Assembly (NCBI GenBank): GCA_900541135.1
Contig: UQIG01000007.1
Coordinates: forward strand, 12,616-76,615
From: an uncultured Collinsella sp.
GTDB taxonomy: Bacteria > Actinomycetota > Coriobacteriia > Coriobacteriales > Coriobacteriaceae
Length of the DNA: 64,000 bases
Reading direction: 5' to 3'
Below the pieces are notes generated by a model that had not been told where the DNA came from, made no database searches, and was given only the letters and a program-made list of their open reading frames with translations. This document shows positions 34,159 through 43,820 of this stretch, in pieces. The translations under genes were made by a program, and so were the position numbers. Numbering within the stretch: position 1 is the first letter of the stretch; each line of letters begins with the position of its first letter.

Positions 34159-35100
34159 ATGGCAGACGTCAAGAAAATCGCCACGCGCGTAAGCTACGGC
34201 GAGGCCCTCGTCGAGCTCGCCAACGAGCACGATGACTTTGTGGTCCTCGACGCCGACCTGGCCGCCGCCACGCAGACCGGCAAATTTAAGGCCGCTTGCC
34301 CCGACCGCTTCTTCGACGTGGGTATCGCCGAGAGCAACCTGATGGGTGTTGCCGCCGGTATCGCGACCACCGGTCGTGTTGCCTTCGCGAGCACCTTTGC
34401 CATGTTCGCTGCCGGTCGCGCCTTTGAGCAGGTCCGCAACTCCATCGGCTACCCGCACCTTAACGTTAAGATCGGTGCCACGCACGCCGGTATCTCGGTG
34501 GGCGAGGATGGCGCCACGCACCAGTGCTGCGAGGATATCGCCCTGATGCGCGTCATCCCCGGCATGACCGTGATTGTTCCCGCCGACGACGTGGAGGCTC
34601 GCGCCGTGACGCGCGCCGCCTACGAGTGCGACGGTCCGGTGTACATGCGCTTCGCCCGTTTGGCCTCGCCGGTTATCAACGACCCCGAGACCTACAAGTT
34701 CGAGTTGGGTAAGGGCATTGTCATGCGCGAGGGCGCCGATGTGACCATCATCGCCTGCGGCCTGATGGTCGGCGAGGCTCTCGAGGCCGCCGAGCAGCTC
34801 GCTGCCGAGGGCATCGACGCCGAGGTCATCAACATGCACACCATCAAGCCCATCGATGCCGACCTGATCGTCAAGAGCGCCACCAAGACCGGCCACGTCG
34901 TGACCGTCGAGGAGCATTCTGTAATCGGTGGCCTGGGCAGCGCCGTTGCCGACGTCCTGTGCGAGCAGTGCCCGACGCCGCTCAAGAAGATCGGCGTCAA
35001 CGACACCTTCGGTGAGTCTGGCCCGGGTGCCGAACTCTTGCACAAGTATGGCCTGGACGCCGCCAACATCGTGGCGACCACCAAAGAGTTCTTGGCATAA
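34159..35100 (+). CDS. Transketolase C-terminal subunit
   Basis: DVGIAE, GEDGATHQ, TVEEHSVIGGLG. Confidence 0.93.
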   Translation: MADVKKIATRVSYGEALVELANEHDDFVVLDADLAAATQTGKFKAACPDRFFDVGIAESNLMGVAAGIATTGRVAFASTFAMFAAGRAFEQVRNSIGYPHLNVKIGATHAGISVGEDGATHQCCEDIALMRVIPGMTVIVPADDVEARAVTRAAYECDGPVYMRFARLASPVINDPETYKFELGKGIVMREGADVTIIACGLMVGEALEAAEQLAAEGIDAEVINMHTIKPIDADLIVKSATKTGHVVTVEEHSVIGGLGSAVADVLCEQCPTPLKKIGVNDTFGESGPGAELLHKYGLDAANIVATTKEFLA

Positions 35101-35170
35101 GGCAAGACGGATCTCAAGGACTGCTTCGCCAGAACTATAAAACTGTTTCGCCAGTACTATGGAAACCCGG

Positions 35171-35202
35171 CAGGGGCGCTCTCTTGGAGAGCGCCCCTGT
35201 TT
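35171..35202 (+). terminator. Terminator after transketolase
   Basis: CAGGGGCGCTCTC-TTG-GAGAGCGCCCCTG followed by TTT. Confidence 0.7.
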
Positions 35203-35323
35203 CAGTTGCGGTGAAATAAGGACTGTTTTGCCAGCTTAGGGGGTGCGGACGATTTCTTGGACCGCGCCTAGGCGTATCCATGGAGTGGGTATGATGAATT
35301 GGACACCTAGTTAAGAGCGAAAG

Positions 35324-35632
35324 GTGTTCAAGATGACCCAAAGAAGAAAGCGATACGACAGGCAGTTCAAGGTCTCGGCGGCAAAGGTGGTCCTGTCCGG
35401 GGAAATGACGGTCAAAGGCCTATCGGAGGAACTCGGCATAAAGGATTCGACGCTGAGAAGGTGGGCCCGCGAATACGAGGAGATGGGAGACGGCGCGTTC
35501 CCCGGAAACGGCTCCCCGAAGATCAACAAGGACTACGAGATCGTGAAGCTCAAGAAGAAGGTCGAGGAGCTCGAGCGCGAGAACGAGATACTAAAAAATT
35601 TCCGGGCCTTCTTGAGTCAAGACCATGCGTGA
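35324..35632 (+). CDS. IS3 OrfA (HTH)
   Basis: RKRYDRQFK...LGIKDSTLRRW...LERENEILK. Confidence 0.9.
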   Translation: MFKMTQRRKRYDRQFKVSAAKVVLSGEMTVKGLSEELGIKDSTLRRWAREYEEMGDGAFPGNGSPKINKDYEIVKLKKKVEELERENEILKNFRAFLSQDHA

Positions 35633-36495
35633 GGTTCGAGTTCCTCAAAGAGCATAGGGGCGAGATCGGCCCCATCAAGAAGGCATGCGGGCTGATGAAA
35701 GTCTCGAAATCCGGTTTCTACGAGTATCTCGGCCGGAAGAAGTCCGACGCCCAGATAGAGCGGGAGGCGATCGAAGGTTTCGTCGTCGAGGCCTTCGAGC
35801 GGCACAAGGGCCGTTACGGCTACCGGCGCATCAACCGCGAACTGCGAAAAAGCGGCATCGTCGTGAGCGAGAAGCGCGTGCTCCGCATCATGCAGAAGCT
35901 CGGACTTGCCGGAAAGGGCGCGACCCGAAAACACCGCATCCAGAAGAAGGTCGAGCCGGGAGACCCTCGGTTGAACCTGGTAGAGCGCGCTTTCACCGTG
36001 GGCGAGCGCAACAGGCTTTGGGTGGGCGACATCACCTACATACCCACAAGAGAAGGGTGGCTCTATCTCGCAGCCGTGATAGACGCCTTCTCCCGCAAGG
36101 TCGTGGGCTGGTCAATGTCCGAGCGCATCACCGAGAAGGTCGCGATCGACGCGATGGAGCAGGCGGTCGGCAGGGAGGGTCCGCCAGATGACGGCAGCCT
36201 CGTCTTCCATGACGATCAGGGCGCGCAGCACACCTCCCGTTCATTCCAGCGGTGTCTGGACTCGCATGGCATAGTCCAGTCGGTATCAAGGCCCGGCACG
36301 CCGCTGGACAACGCGGTGGCCGAGTCGTTCTTCAAGACGCTGAAAAGGGAATTGGTGAAAGAGAGGAGCTATGGGACGAGGGACGAGGCCAAGCAGGACA
36401 TCTTCAAGTACATAGAGCTCTATTACAATAGGGTGCGCATGCATTCCACCCTGGGCTACATGTCTCCAGTGGAATACGAGCGGCAATACGCTTGA
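35593..36495 (+). CDS. IS3 OrfB DDE transposase (-1 frame relative to OrfA)
   Basis: YGYRR, WVGDITY, FHDDQG, DNAVAESFF; A-AAA-AAT slippery site near 35593. Confidence 0.9.
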   Translation, partial: KKFPGLLESRPCVRFEFLKEHRGEIGPIKKACGLMKVSKSGFYEYLGRKKSDAQIEREAIEGFVVEAFERHKGRYGYRRINRELRKSGIVVSEKRVLRIMQKLGLAGKGATRKHRIQKKVEPGDPRLNLVERAFTVGERNRLWVGDITYIPTREGWLYLAAVIDAFSRKVVGWSMSERITEKVAIDAMEQAVGREGPPDDGSLVFHDDQGAQHTSRSFQRCLDSHGIVQSVSRPGTPLDNAVAESFFKTLKRELVKERSYGTRDEAKQDIFKYIELYYNRVRMHSTLGYMSPVEYERQYA

Positions 36496-36585
36496 GGATC
36501 CTTAAAAGAAAGTCCAGTTTATCCTTCCCACTCCAAGTCCGGACCGCCCCGCGGTCCAACTTTCTGTCCGCACCCCCTTAAAGGC

Positions 36586-37317
36586 TCAATTAATCCGTAT
36601 TTCACCGCAACTTTCGAAGGCGTTCCCGCTTGTGCTGGTGCCGTCACGTCGGTCGATTGCCGCTTGGCACAGTGCGGCAACATCGGGGGCGTCGGCGCCT
36701 TTATATGCCATGGCGAGTAGGGCGGCATCATAGATTTCGTCGTTGGTCATATCGCCGGCATCGATGGGGCAGAAGGTGAGTATCGAATCCTGCTCAGCGA
36801 GCTCGGCGAGATTGATCGTTTCGCCTGCGGCAAAGACATCGTCGAGGACGAGCGTCGCGCTCGTACAGGGAATTTGATAAATCTTGCCATCGGTGGCAAT
36901 GGGGGAACCTGCCGCCTCGAGCGTGTACACACCTTGAATGAGGCTGATACCGGAACCGTCGGAGGCGACGAACTCAACCTTGTCGACCGTTATCCCGTCG
37001 ACAGTCTTGCCCGTAATGTGTATCGGGACACGTGAGGCCCCGCTATCGGTATCCCAACCTGCGGCAGAGATGTTGAGCACAATAGCACGCTCCGAATGAG
37101 CCGATATAAAGTGGGAAAAAATCTGCCGCAGATAAAGACCCAAACAACTGCCGCCGACAATGGCAATTGCCAACATGCAGGTAAGAACAACTGCAATGTG
37201 ATTCCGAGGCTTTACCCGAATTGCAGAATGAGTCGACATGCCATGGATGGTAACCCCACATGTTGTGCAATACCTCACGCCATTGCGCAACTCAGTACCA
37301 CAATAAGGACAATTCAT
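36586..37317 (-). CDS. Zinc-ribbon, single-TM hypothetical protein
   Basis: MNCPYCG...YCTTCG followed by a hydrophobic helix; 3' end runs through a repeat arm. Confidence 0.75.
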   Translation of the reverse strand: MNCPYCGTELRNGVRYCTTCGVTIHGMSTHSAIRVKPRNHIAVVLTCMLAIAIVGGSCLGLYLRQIFSHFISAHSERAIVLNISAAGWDTDSGASRVPIHITGKTVDGITVDKVEFVASDGSGISLIQGVYTLEAAGSPIATDGKIYQIPCTSATLVLDDVFAAGETINLAELAEQDSILTFCPIDAGDMTNDEIYDAALLAMAYKGADAPDVAALCQAAIDRRDGTSTSGNAFESCGEIRIN

Positions 37318-37407
37318 ACCAGCCCCCACAACCATAGACGTTCCAATCGAGGCCAATGTAAAGCGATTATTCAAATTCGAGTTGCGCAACAATTAGCCTT
37401 AATTGAA

Positions 37408-37472
37408 GTCGCGGTGAAATAGGGACTGATTAGACCTTTTAACTGGTAAAACAGTCCCTATTTCACCGCAAC
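37408..37472. repeat. 65-bp palindromic repeat (family B)
   Basis: GTCGCGGTGAAATA-N37-TATTTCACCGCAAC. Confidence 0.9.
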
Positions 37473-37602
37473 TCATGAAGACGCCCCTCAAGCACGGTTC
37501 CATCAGGGAAAAGGGCACATATCGACAAAGTGCAATTCAGACCCTTCCAACTTTGTATATGCAGCACTCCAAGATAAACGCGGCGACCCCTTAGTTACCG
37601 CA

Positions 37603-37725
37603 GGCCGGGCACAGGGCTACTCTCCAAATCTTTCCGCAGGACGGAGGAGCCCCCGCCGCGCGAAGCGCGCAGCGGGGGCTCCGACATGTCCGAGGACGAT
37701 TTGGAGAGTAGCCCTGCGCCCGGCC
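37603..37725. repeat. Long nested imperfect inverted repeat (~120 nt)
   Basis: GGCCGGGCACAGGGCTACTCTCCAAATC / GATTTGGAGAGTAGCCCTGCGCCCGGCC with inner GGAGCCCCCGC/GCGGGGGCTCC. Confidence 0.8.
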
Positions 37726-37829
37726 GACGGGATCCCTAAGCACGCCATGCTTCTTATGTGCAGTAAAGCTAATGCTGCTAAAATACAAAGCGCTCATGTA
37801 GTTTAAACGCACGACGATAAGGAGCACCA

Positions 37830-39050
37830 GTGGGTAACCACTTCCGTACCTCCGGTGCGGGCGATGATGCCCCCAAGACGCAGGCAGGCGTCCAGGGCAG
37901 TCGTTTCGCCACTCCGGATTCAGAGGGCCAGCCTGTTGCTCAGGCCCCCGCTCAGCCGGCAGATCAGGCACAGCCGGCATCCGATCCCTTTGCCTACAAT
38001 CCCACCAGCGATGTTGCGCTTTCCGGCGCGGCGGGTTTTGAGTCCGTTCAGGCCGTGACCGCTCGCGTGGAGCAGCCTCAGACTGGTGCCGCCACGCCGC
38101 AGCCTACCATGGCCGGCATTCCCGACCCCTTGGCCCCTGCGACGCCGGCTCCTCAGCCTGCGCAGTCCGGTCTCTTTGCCGCTATTCCCGACCCCACGCA
38201 GCCTGCTGCCCCGGTGGTCGAGAGCGATCAGGCCGCCGAGGTCGCAAGCCTCGATAACGCGCTCAACAACCCCGATTTTACGTCGGTGTTTGCGCCCATC
38301 GATCCGCAGGCCAGCCGCAAGAAGATGGCCAAGCAGGCCGGTGTCGAGCCCGTCATCCTTATGGAGCATGTCACCAAGATCTATCCGGCACAGCCCAACA
38401 AGCCCGCACTCGACGACATCAACATCGAGATCTATCCGGGCGAGTTCGTCTTCCTGGTCGGTCACTCCGGTTCGGGTAAGACCACGCTGCTGTCGACGCT
38501 CAACCGCGACGTCAAGCCGACGAGCGGCCGCATCCTGGTTGCCGGTCAGGACCTCATGAAGATCAAGAACCGCAAGGTTCCGTTCCTGCGCCGCCAGATT
38601 GGCGCCGTGTTCCAGGACTTTAAGCTTCTGCCGCAAAAGACCGCCTACGAAAACGTGGCGTTTGCCCTGCAGTGCATCGGCAAGCCCAAGGGCGTCATTC
38701 GCAGCCAGGTGCCCGAGGTGCTGCGTCTGGTTGGTCTGGCCGATCAGATGGACTCGCTGCCCGACCAGCTTTCCGGTGGCGAGCAGCAGCGCGTTGCCGT
38801 CGCCCGTGCTATGGTCAACCGTCCGCCGCTGCTGATCTGCGACGAGCCCACGGGCAACCTCGACCCGGCTATCTCGCTGGGCATCATGAAGCTGCTCGAG
38901 CGTATTAACCGCACCGGCACCACCGTGATCGTCGCCACGCACGACCGCGAGATGGTCGATAGCATGCACCGTCGCGTGATCGCCCTCGAGGGCGGCCACG
39001 TTATTCGCGACCAGGAGAGGGGAGGTTACGGCAACTATGGCACCAACTAA
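37830..39050 (+). CDS. ftsE: Cell division ATP-binding protein FtsE with long low-complexity N-terminal extension
   Basis: GEFVFLVGHSGSGKTT, FQDFKLL, LSGGEQQR, DEPTGNLD; upstream of ftsX; GTG start with AAGGAG RBS. Confidence 0.92.
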   Translation: MGNHFRTSGAGDDAPKTQAGVQGSRFATPDSEGQPVAQAPAQPADQAQPASDPFAYNPTSDVALSGAAGFESVQAVTARVEQPQTGAATPQPTMAGIPDPLAPATPAPQPAQSGLFAAIPDPTQPAAPVVESDQAAEVASLDNALNNPDFTSVFAPIDPQASRKKMAKQAGVEPVILMEHVTKIYPAQPNKPALDDINIEIYPGEFVFLVGHSGSGKTTLLSTLNRDVKPTSGRILVAGQDLMKIKNRKVPFLRRQIGAVFQDFKLLPQKTAYENVAFALQCIGKPKGVIRSQVPEVLRLVGLADQMDSLPDQLSGGEQQRVAVARAMVNRPPLLICDEPTGNLDPAISLGIMKLLERINRTGTTVIVATHDREMVDSMHRRVIALEGGHVIRDQERGGYGNYGTN

Positions 39051-39957
39051 CGTGGGCTACTCCTTCAAAGAGGCAATCAGCCACTTCTTCCGTAACTGGA
39101 CTACCTCGCTCGGCGCCGTCATCACGATCTTCCTTTCGCTGTTTATCATCGGCCTGTTCATCATGGGCTCTGCGATGCTGAACTCCGTGATCGGCACCGT
39201 CGAGGATCAGGTTGTCATCAACGCGTTCATTAGCGATGACGCCGATCAGGCTGATGTTCAGGCTTTTGAGGCCGAGCTTAAGACGTGGAATAACGTCAAG
39301 TCCGTGACCTATAAGGACAAGGACGACGCGCTGGCCGAGTATACGAGCAAGATGTCGGGCAACGCCGACGCCACCATGAGCGCGCTCGATGGCCAGAACC
39401 CGCTGCCGGCTTCCTTCGCTATTGAGATGGACGATCCGTCCAAGGTCGAGAGCACGGCAAAGAAGCTCAAGAAGGATGCCGATTTCCAGAAGATCGCGGA
39501 TGACGGCGACGTCAACGCGAGCGTGCTGTACGGCCAGGAGGAAGTGAGCCGCCTGTTCCAGGTGACCAACTACATCCGCATCGCCGCCGTGGTGCTCGTT
39601 GGCCTGCTGACTTTTATCGCGTTCATCTTTATCAACAACACGATTCGCCTGTCCATTACGGCGCGTCGTCGTGAGATTGCGATTATGCGTCTGGTCGGCG
39701 CCAGCAACGGCTTCATTCGCGGCCCGTTTATCACCGAGGGCGTGCTGCAGGCCATTTTGGGCTCGCTGCTTTCCATCGGCGTTCTGGAGCTGCTGCGCAA
39801 TCTGATGATTCCGCGTCTGCAGGAGAGCATCGGCTGGATGTCGTTTGCCCTGCCGATGCAGTACTACCTGGTGACCTATGCTGCGCTGATTCTGGTCGGC
39901 GTGATTATCGGTCTCTTTGGTTCTGCCATTGCCATGCGCCGCTACCTGCGCGTGTAG
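39037..39957 (+). CDS. ftsX: Cell division permease FtsX
   Basis: NPLPASF, INNTIRL...RRREIAIMRLVGA..FIRGPF..EG. Confidence 0.93.
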   Translation: MAPTNVGYSFKEAISHFFRNWTTSLGAVITIFLSLFIIGLFIMGSAMLNSVIGTVEDQVVINAFISDDADQADVQAFEAELKTWNNVKSVTYKDKDDALAEYTSKMSGNADATMSALDGQNPLPASFAIEMDDPSKVESTAKKLKKDADFQKIADDGDVNASVLYGQEEVSRLFQVTNYIRIAAVVLVGLLTFIAFIFINNTIRLSITARRREIAIMRLVGASNGFIRGPFITEGVLQAILGSLLSIGVLELLRNLMIPRLQESIGWMSFALPMQYYLVTYAALILVGVIIGLFGSAIAMRRYLRV

Positions 39958-39981
39958 GCATGCCTGGAATTCATCCCTTCC

Positions 39982-40015
39982 AACGGGTCGTCTCTTATGG
40001 GGCGGCCCGTTTTTT
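39982..40015 (+). terminator. Terminator after ftsX
   Basis: AACGGGTCGTCTC/GGGGCGGCCCGTT followed by a T run. Confidence 0.75.
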
Positions 40016-40092
40016 GATCCCTAGGGGACGGCAGGAAAGCGAATCATTTGGGTAGACTCTTTGGAGTTCGCAATCGATAGTTGGGAGGCGCC

Positions 40093-42228
40093 ATGGGGCG
40101 CAATAACAAGCATAAGCGTGGAGCTCGCAACAAGCGCGGGCCGGTGCGCAGCGAACGCCGTCCGAGCCTGACCGGGCGCGTGCAGCTCCATGAGCACAGT
40201 GCCTATGTCATAACCGAGAATGGCGACTACAAGGTCATGGGCCGTGGCAAGCGCGAGATTATGGATGGCGATACCGTTGCCGTGAGCATTAAGAACAGCC
40301 CGCACGGTGAGCGGCGCGCCGTGATCGAAGGCGTGGTTGAGCGCGCAGCCATAAGCGTGGTGGGTACGTACCAGACCGCCGGTCCGCTCGGTGTGATCGA
40401 GCCGCTCGATTCGCGTCTGAAGGCTGACTTCTTCATTCTGCCTGAGGATACCTCGGCGGATCGTCTGGGCGTTCACCCGGGTGATGCTGTTGTCGCGCGC
40501 ATTTTGACCTACCCGACGCGCCTGGAATCGGGCGCTGTGACGATCGAACGCCGCATTGGCGGAGATGACGCGCCCGATTTGGGCGTTCAATATGTGATGG
40601 CGCGCTACGGCTATACCGATAGCTATCCCGAGGCCGCGCTGGACGAGGCCGAGGAGCTTTCGCTCGATGTGTCCGCGGCGCTTAAGGACCCGCTCCGCCG
40701 CGATCTGCGCGACCGCTTTGTCATCACGATCGACCCTGTCGACGCGCGCGACTTTGACGATGCCATTTCGCTGGAGCGTACGCCCGAGGGTGGCTACAAG
40801 CTGGGTGTGCATATCGCCGACGTTTCACACTATGTGGCTTGGGACGGGCATATCGATCTTGAGGCTCGCCATCGCACGACATCGGTGTATCTGGCCGATC
40901 GCGTGCTTCCCATGCTGCCCGAACGCCTGTCCTGTGACCTGTGCTCGCTTCGCCCTGACGAGGACCGTCTTGCGTTTACCGTTGACATTGAGCTCGATGC
41001 GCAGGGTCGTGTGCGGCATTACGATCCGTACCCCAGCGTGATTCGCTCGCGTGTGCGTATGGACTATGACGGCGCCGAGGCGCTGCTGGTGCGTGCCGGC
41101 GCGGTTGAGTATTCGGTGCTGGAGGGTGCGGCCGAGGATGTTGCGGCTGCCGAGATCTCGCGCGAGGAAGCGCTTGAGCGCGGTCTTGCGTGCGAGGAGA
41201 CCGCCCGCGGCTACAACATCGACCTCGGCGATTTCCTTGTCTCCGCTAACGAACTCGCCGAACTTCGCCGTCGTATTCGTCGCGCCCGCGGCTCAGTCGA
41301 TTTTGACACAGCCGAGATTCGCGCTCTATTGGATGAGGACGGAGTGCCCGTGCAGATTGTGGCGCGTGAGCGTTCGTGTGCCACGTCGCTTATCGAGGAA
41401 GCCATGCTGCTCGCCAACGAGTGCGTTGCAGAGTGGCTGGCAGACCGTGATATCGAGGCCTGCTATCGTGTGCATGAGGATCCGAGCCCCGATAGCCTGC
41501 ACGGTGCTGCCGTTGCGCTGGCGCAGCTAGGCATCATCGACGATCGCCGTGCTGCCGGTATTGCCCTGGGGAGCCCCGATGAGCTGCAGGCTGCAGTTGA
41601 TGCTGCCGCCGGTACGGCCAACGCACCGCTCGTCAACACGCTGCTTCTGCGCAGCATGCAGCGCGCGCTGTACAAGCCGCGCAACGAGGGCCACTTTGCG
41701 CTCGCCGCGCCGTGCTACTGTCACTTTACGAGTCCCATCCGTCGCTACCCCGATCTGGTGGTGCACCGCGTACTCAAGCTGCAGTTGGCCTATGAGCAGC
41801 TGGGCGGCAAGGACGCCCTGGTCCGTACGCCGCGCCTGATCGGCAAGGGGCGCGAGTCACTGCCGCGCATTCTGCCGCAGATCTGCCGCGCATGCAGCGA
41901 TGCCGAGCGCGCGGCAGATGCCGCCAGCCATGCGACGCAAAAGATCAAGATTGCCCAGTACTATGAGGACCGTCTGGGCGAGCGCTATGCCGGAACCGTC
42001 TCGTGGGTTAGCAGCATGGGCCTCTTTGTGCGCTTGGACCTAACGCAGGTCGAAGGCTTGGTTTCGATCAAGAGTCTGGGCAACGAGTGGTTCGAGTTCG
42101 ACGAGGACGCGCTAACGCTCACGGGTGCCGACACGGGCACCCGTTACGAGCTGGGGCAGCGCGTGATCATCGAGGTCTCGCGCGTCAATACCACGCGTGG
42201 GCACTTGGACTTCAAGCTTATCCATTAG
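40093..42228 (+). CDS. rnr: Ribonuclease R (RNB domain + S1)
   Basis: TIDPVDARDFDDA, HIADVSHY, HFTSPIRRYPDL. Confidence 0.92.
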   Translation: MGRNNKHKRGARNKRGPVRSERRPSLTGRVQLHEHSAYVITENGDYKVMGRGKREIMDGDTVAVSIKNSPHGERRAVIEGVVERAAISVVGTYQTAGPLGVIEPLDSRLKADFFILPEDTSADRLGVHPGDAVVARILTYPTRLESGAVTIERRIGGDDAPDLGVQYVMARYGYTDSYPEAALDEAEELSLDVSAALKDPLRRDLRDRFVITIDPVDARDFDDAISLERTPEGGYKLGVHIADVSHYVAWDGHIDLEARHRTTSVYLADRVLPMLPERLSCDLCSLRPDEDRLAFTVDIELDAQGRVRHYDPYPSVIRSRVRMDYDGAEALLVRAGAVEYSVLEGAAEDVAAAEISREEALERGLACEETARGYNIDLGDFLVSANELAELRRRIRRARGSVDFDTAEIRALLDEDGVPVQIVARERSCATSLIEEAMLLANECVAEWLADRDIEACYRVHEDPSPDSLHGAAVALAQLGIIDDRRAAGIALGSPDELQAAVDAAAGTANAPLVNTLLLRSMQRALYKPRNEGHFALAAPCYCHFTSPIRRYPDLVVHRVLKLQLAYEQLGGKDALVRTPRLIGKGRESLPRILPQICRACSDAERAADAASHATQKIKIAQYYEDRLGERYAGTVSWVSSMGLFVRLDLTQVEGLVSIKSLGNEWFEFDEDALTLTGADTGTRYELGQRVIIEVSRVNTTRGHLDFKLIH

Positions 42229-42345
42229 CCAAATCCCGACTGATGGTGGGGGAGCGGAGGGCGGCCTTTCGGGACCGCCCTCCGCATTTGAATCGTGGCT
42301 ACCTTGCCGTCTGCTCGGCCGCCCGCTTACCTGCTATTTGAGAGG

Positions 42346-42384
42346 TAAAACCTACCAAAATAAACCTGTCCCTTTTTGGCAGGT
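42346..42384. repeat. 39-bp hairpin repeat (second copy at 27934-27972)
   Basis: 37/39 identity. Confidence 0.75.
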
Positions 42385-42405
42385 TTACAAGAAAGCGGGG
42401 ATGAG

Positions 42406-43011
42406 ATGGCGACGGTGTACGGTTATGCGCGGGTGAGTTCGCGCGATCAGAACCTTAATCGGCAGCTGGATGCGCTGGGCGCCTATGGCGTGGGCTCGGC
42501 GAATATTTATGCCGACCATGCGAGCGGCAAGGACTTCGATCGACCGCGTTATCGCGAGCTGCTGCACGTCCTGGGAGACGGGGACGTACTGGTGGTGCTT
42601 TCTATCGACCGACTTGGTCGTAATTACTCCGAGATTCTTGAGGAATGGCGACGCATTACCAAGGAGCTCGGGGTTGCCATTGTGGTGTTGGACATGCCAT
42701 TGCTTGACACGCGCGTCAGGGCCAGCGGCGCGCCGGATGTGACCAACACCCTGATTGCCGATATTGTGCTGCAACTGCTGAGCTACGTGGCGCAGGTGGA
42801 GCGCGAGAATATCCATCGGCGCCAGGCGGAGGGAATTGCAGCGGCGCGGGCGCGAGGGGTCCGTTTCGGTCGACCTCGCAAGCCGTGCCCTCCTCAGTTT
42901 GAGCTGGTGCGCGATAGCTATGAGGCGGGCGATATTACCCGCAGCCAGGCAGCAAAGTGCCTGGGCGTGTGCGTGGGGACGTTCGATCGCTGGATGCGCG
43001 AGGCGGGGTAG
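42406..43011 (+). CDS. Serine recombinase (resolvase/invertase family)
   Basis: YGYARVSS..QN..RQ, DRLGR, ERENI..RQ.EG..AA..RG..FGRP, C-terminal HTH. Confidence 0.93.
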   Translation: MATVYGYARVSSRDQNLNRQLDALGAYGVGSANIYADHASGKDFDRPRYRELLHVLGDGDVLVVLSIDRLGRNYSEILEEWRRITKELGVAIVVLDMPLLDTRVRASGAPDVTNTLIADIVLQLLSYVAQVERENIHRRQAEGIAAARARGVRFGRPRKPCPPQFELVRDSYEAGDITRSQAAKCLGVCVGTFDRWMREAG

Positions 43012-43116
43012 GGGTTTGCGTCGCTTTGTCGCTTCCTGTTGCGATTCAACTTTTGATACGGTGACGATGTCATTTGGGGCTACACTCGCTGATATTCAAA
43101 AAAAGGAGGTTGGCCC

Positions 43117-43698
43117 TTGGCGCGCGTAAAACAAATAATCGGATGGACCGCGATCGTTCTGTTCGCTGCAACGCTGGTGGGCATCTGGGTGCTGACGGAG
43201 CAAAATGCGGTGGAGACGTCGTTGCTGAGCGAGTCCACCGCGCGTGTGGTGGAGGGTCAGGCTACGGGCGTTCAGGCTGCCGATGCCACGGGTGAAGCCC
43301 AGACGGAGAACGGAATGACCGGGGGCACCGATTCGGCTGCCTCGAATATCCGGTCTGGCCGACTTGCTTCCATTCGCATGTGGGTGGGCACGAACGTCCG
43401 TCGCGTTGCCCATACCGTAGAGTTTTTCTTCGTCGGATTGTTCGCCTCGGTGGTCGTGGTTTGCTTTTCCAGGCGTCCGTGGAGCGTATACTCCCGTTGC
43501 GTGCCCGTATTGCTCTTTTGCGCCGCCTGCTCCGTTGGCGATCAGGTACATAAGATCTTTGTTCCCGGCAGGCATTTCGACGTTATCGATTTAGGATTCG
43601 ATGCTGCGGGCTATGTCACCGCCATGCTGTTGGTATTGCTGGCAGCGGCGTTGGTGCGCCATGCGACTCGGCCGATCGGCGCCCATGCGAGGCGCTAG
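43117..43698 (+). CDS. VanZ family membrane protein
   Basis: VRRVAHTVEFF, DQVHKIFVPGR..D..D..G. Confidence 0.85.
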   Translation: MARVKQIIGWTAIVLFAATLVGIWVLTEQNAVETSLLSESTARVVEGQATGVQAADATGEAQTENGMTGGTDSAASNIRSGRLASIRMWVGTNVRRVAHTVEFFFVGLFASVVVVCFSRRPWSVYSRCVPVLLFCAACSVGDQVHKIFVPGRHFDVIDLGFDAAGYVTAMLLVLLAAALVRHATRPIGAHARR

Positions 43699-43820
43699 CC
43701 TTAAGACGAGACATCGCGACTGCCTATGCTTCGACATTGACTACAATAACGGCTGCAATCGCGAGTGGTCGTCGATGTGCAGTTTTCCAGACACCTGTTT
43801 TCTCTAAGAAAGGAAATCCC

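Larger units (their letters stand above)
35239..36577 (+). mobile_element. IS3-family insertion sequence, 1339 bp, TTA target duplication
   Basis: Imperfect 27-bp IRs GGGGGTGCGGAC...TTGGACCGC; TTA at 35236-35238 and 36578-36580; orfA/orfB. Confidence 0.92.
35205..36611. repeat. 65-bp palindromic repeat (family B) interrupted by the IS
   Basis: Arms GTTGCGGTGAAATA (35205-35218) and TATTTCACCGCAAC (36598-36611); removing the IS and one TTA restores a 37-nt interior. Confidence 0.85.

Noticed and set aside
35120..35163. 22-bp imperfect tandem duplication after transketolase
   Set aside because: Only two degenerate copies and no other occurrence noticed; likely local slippage.
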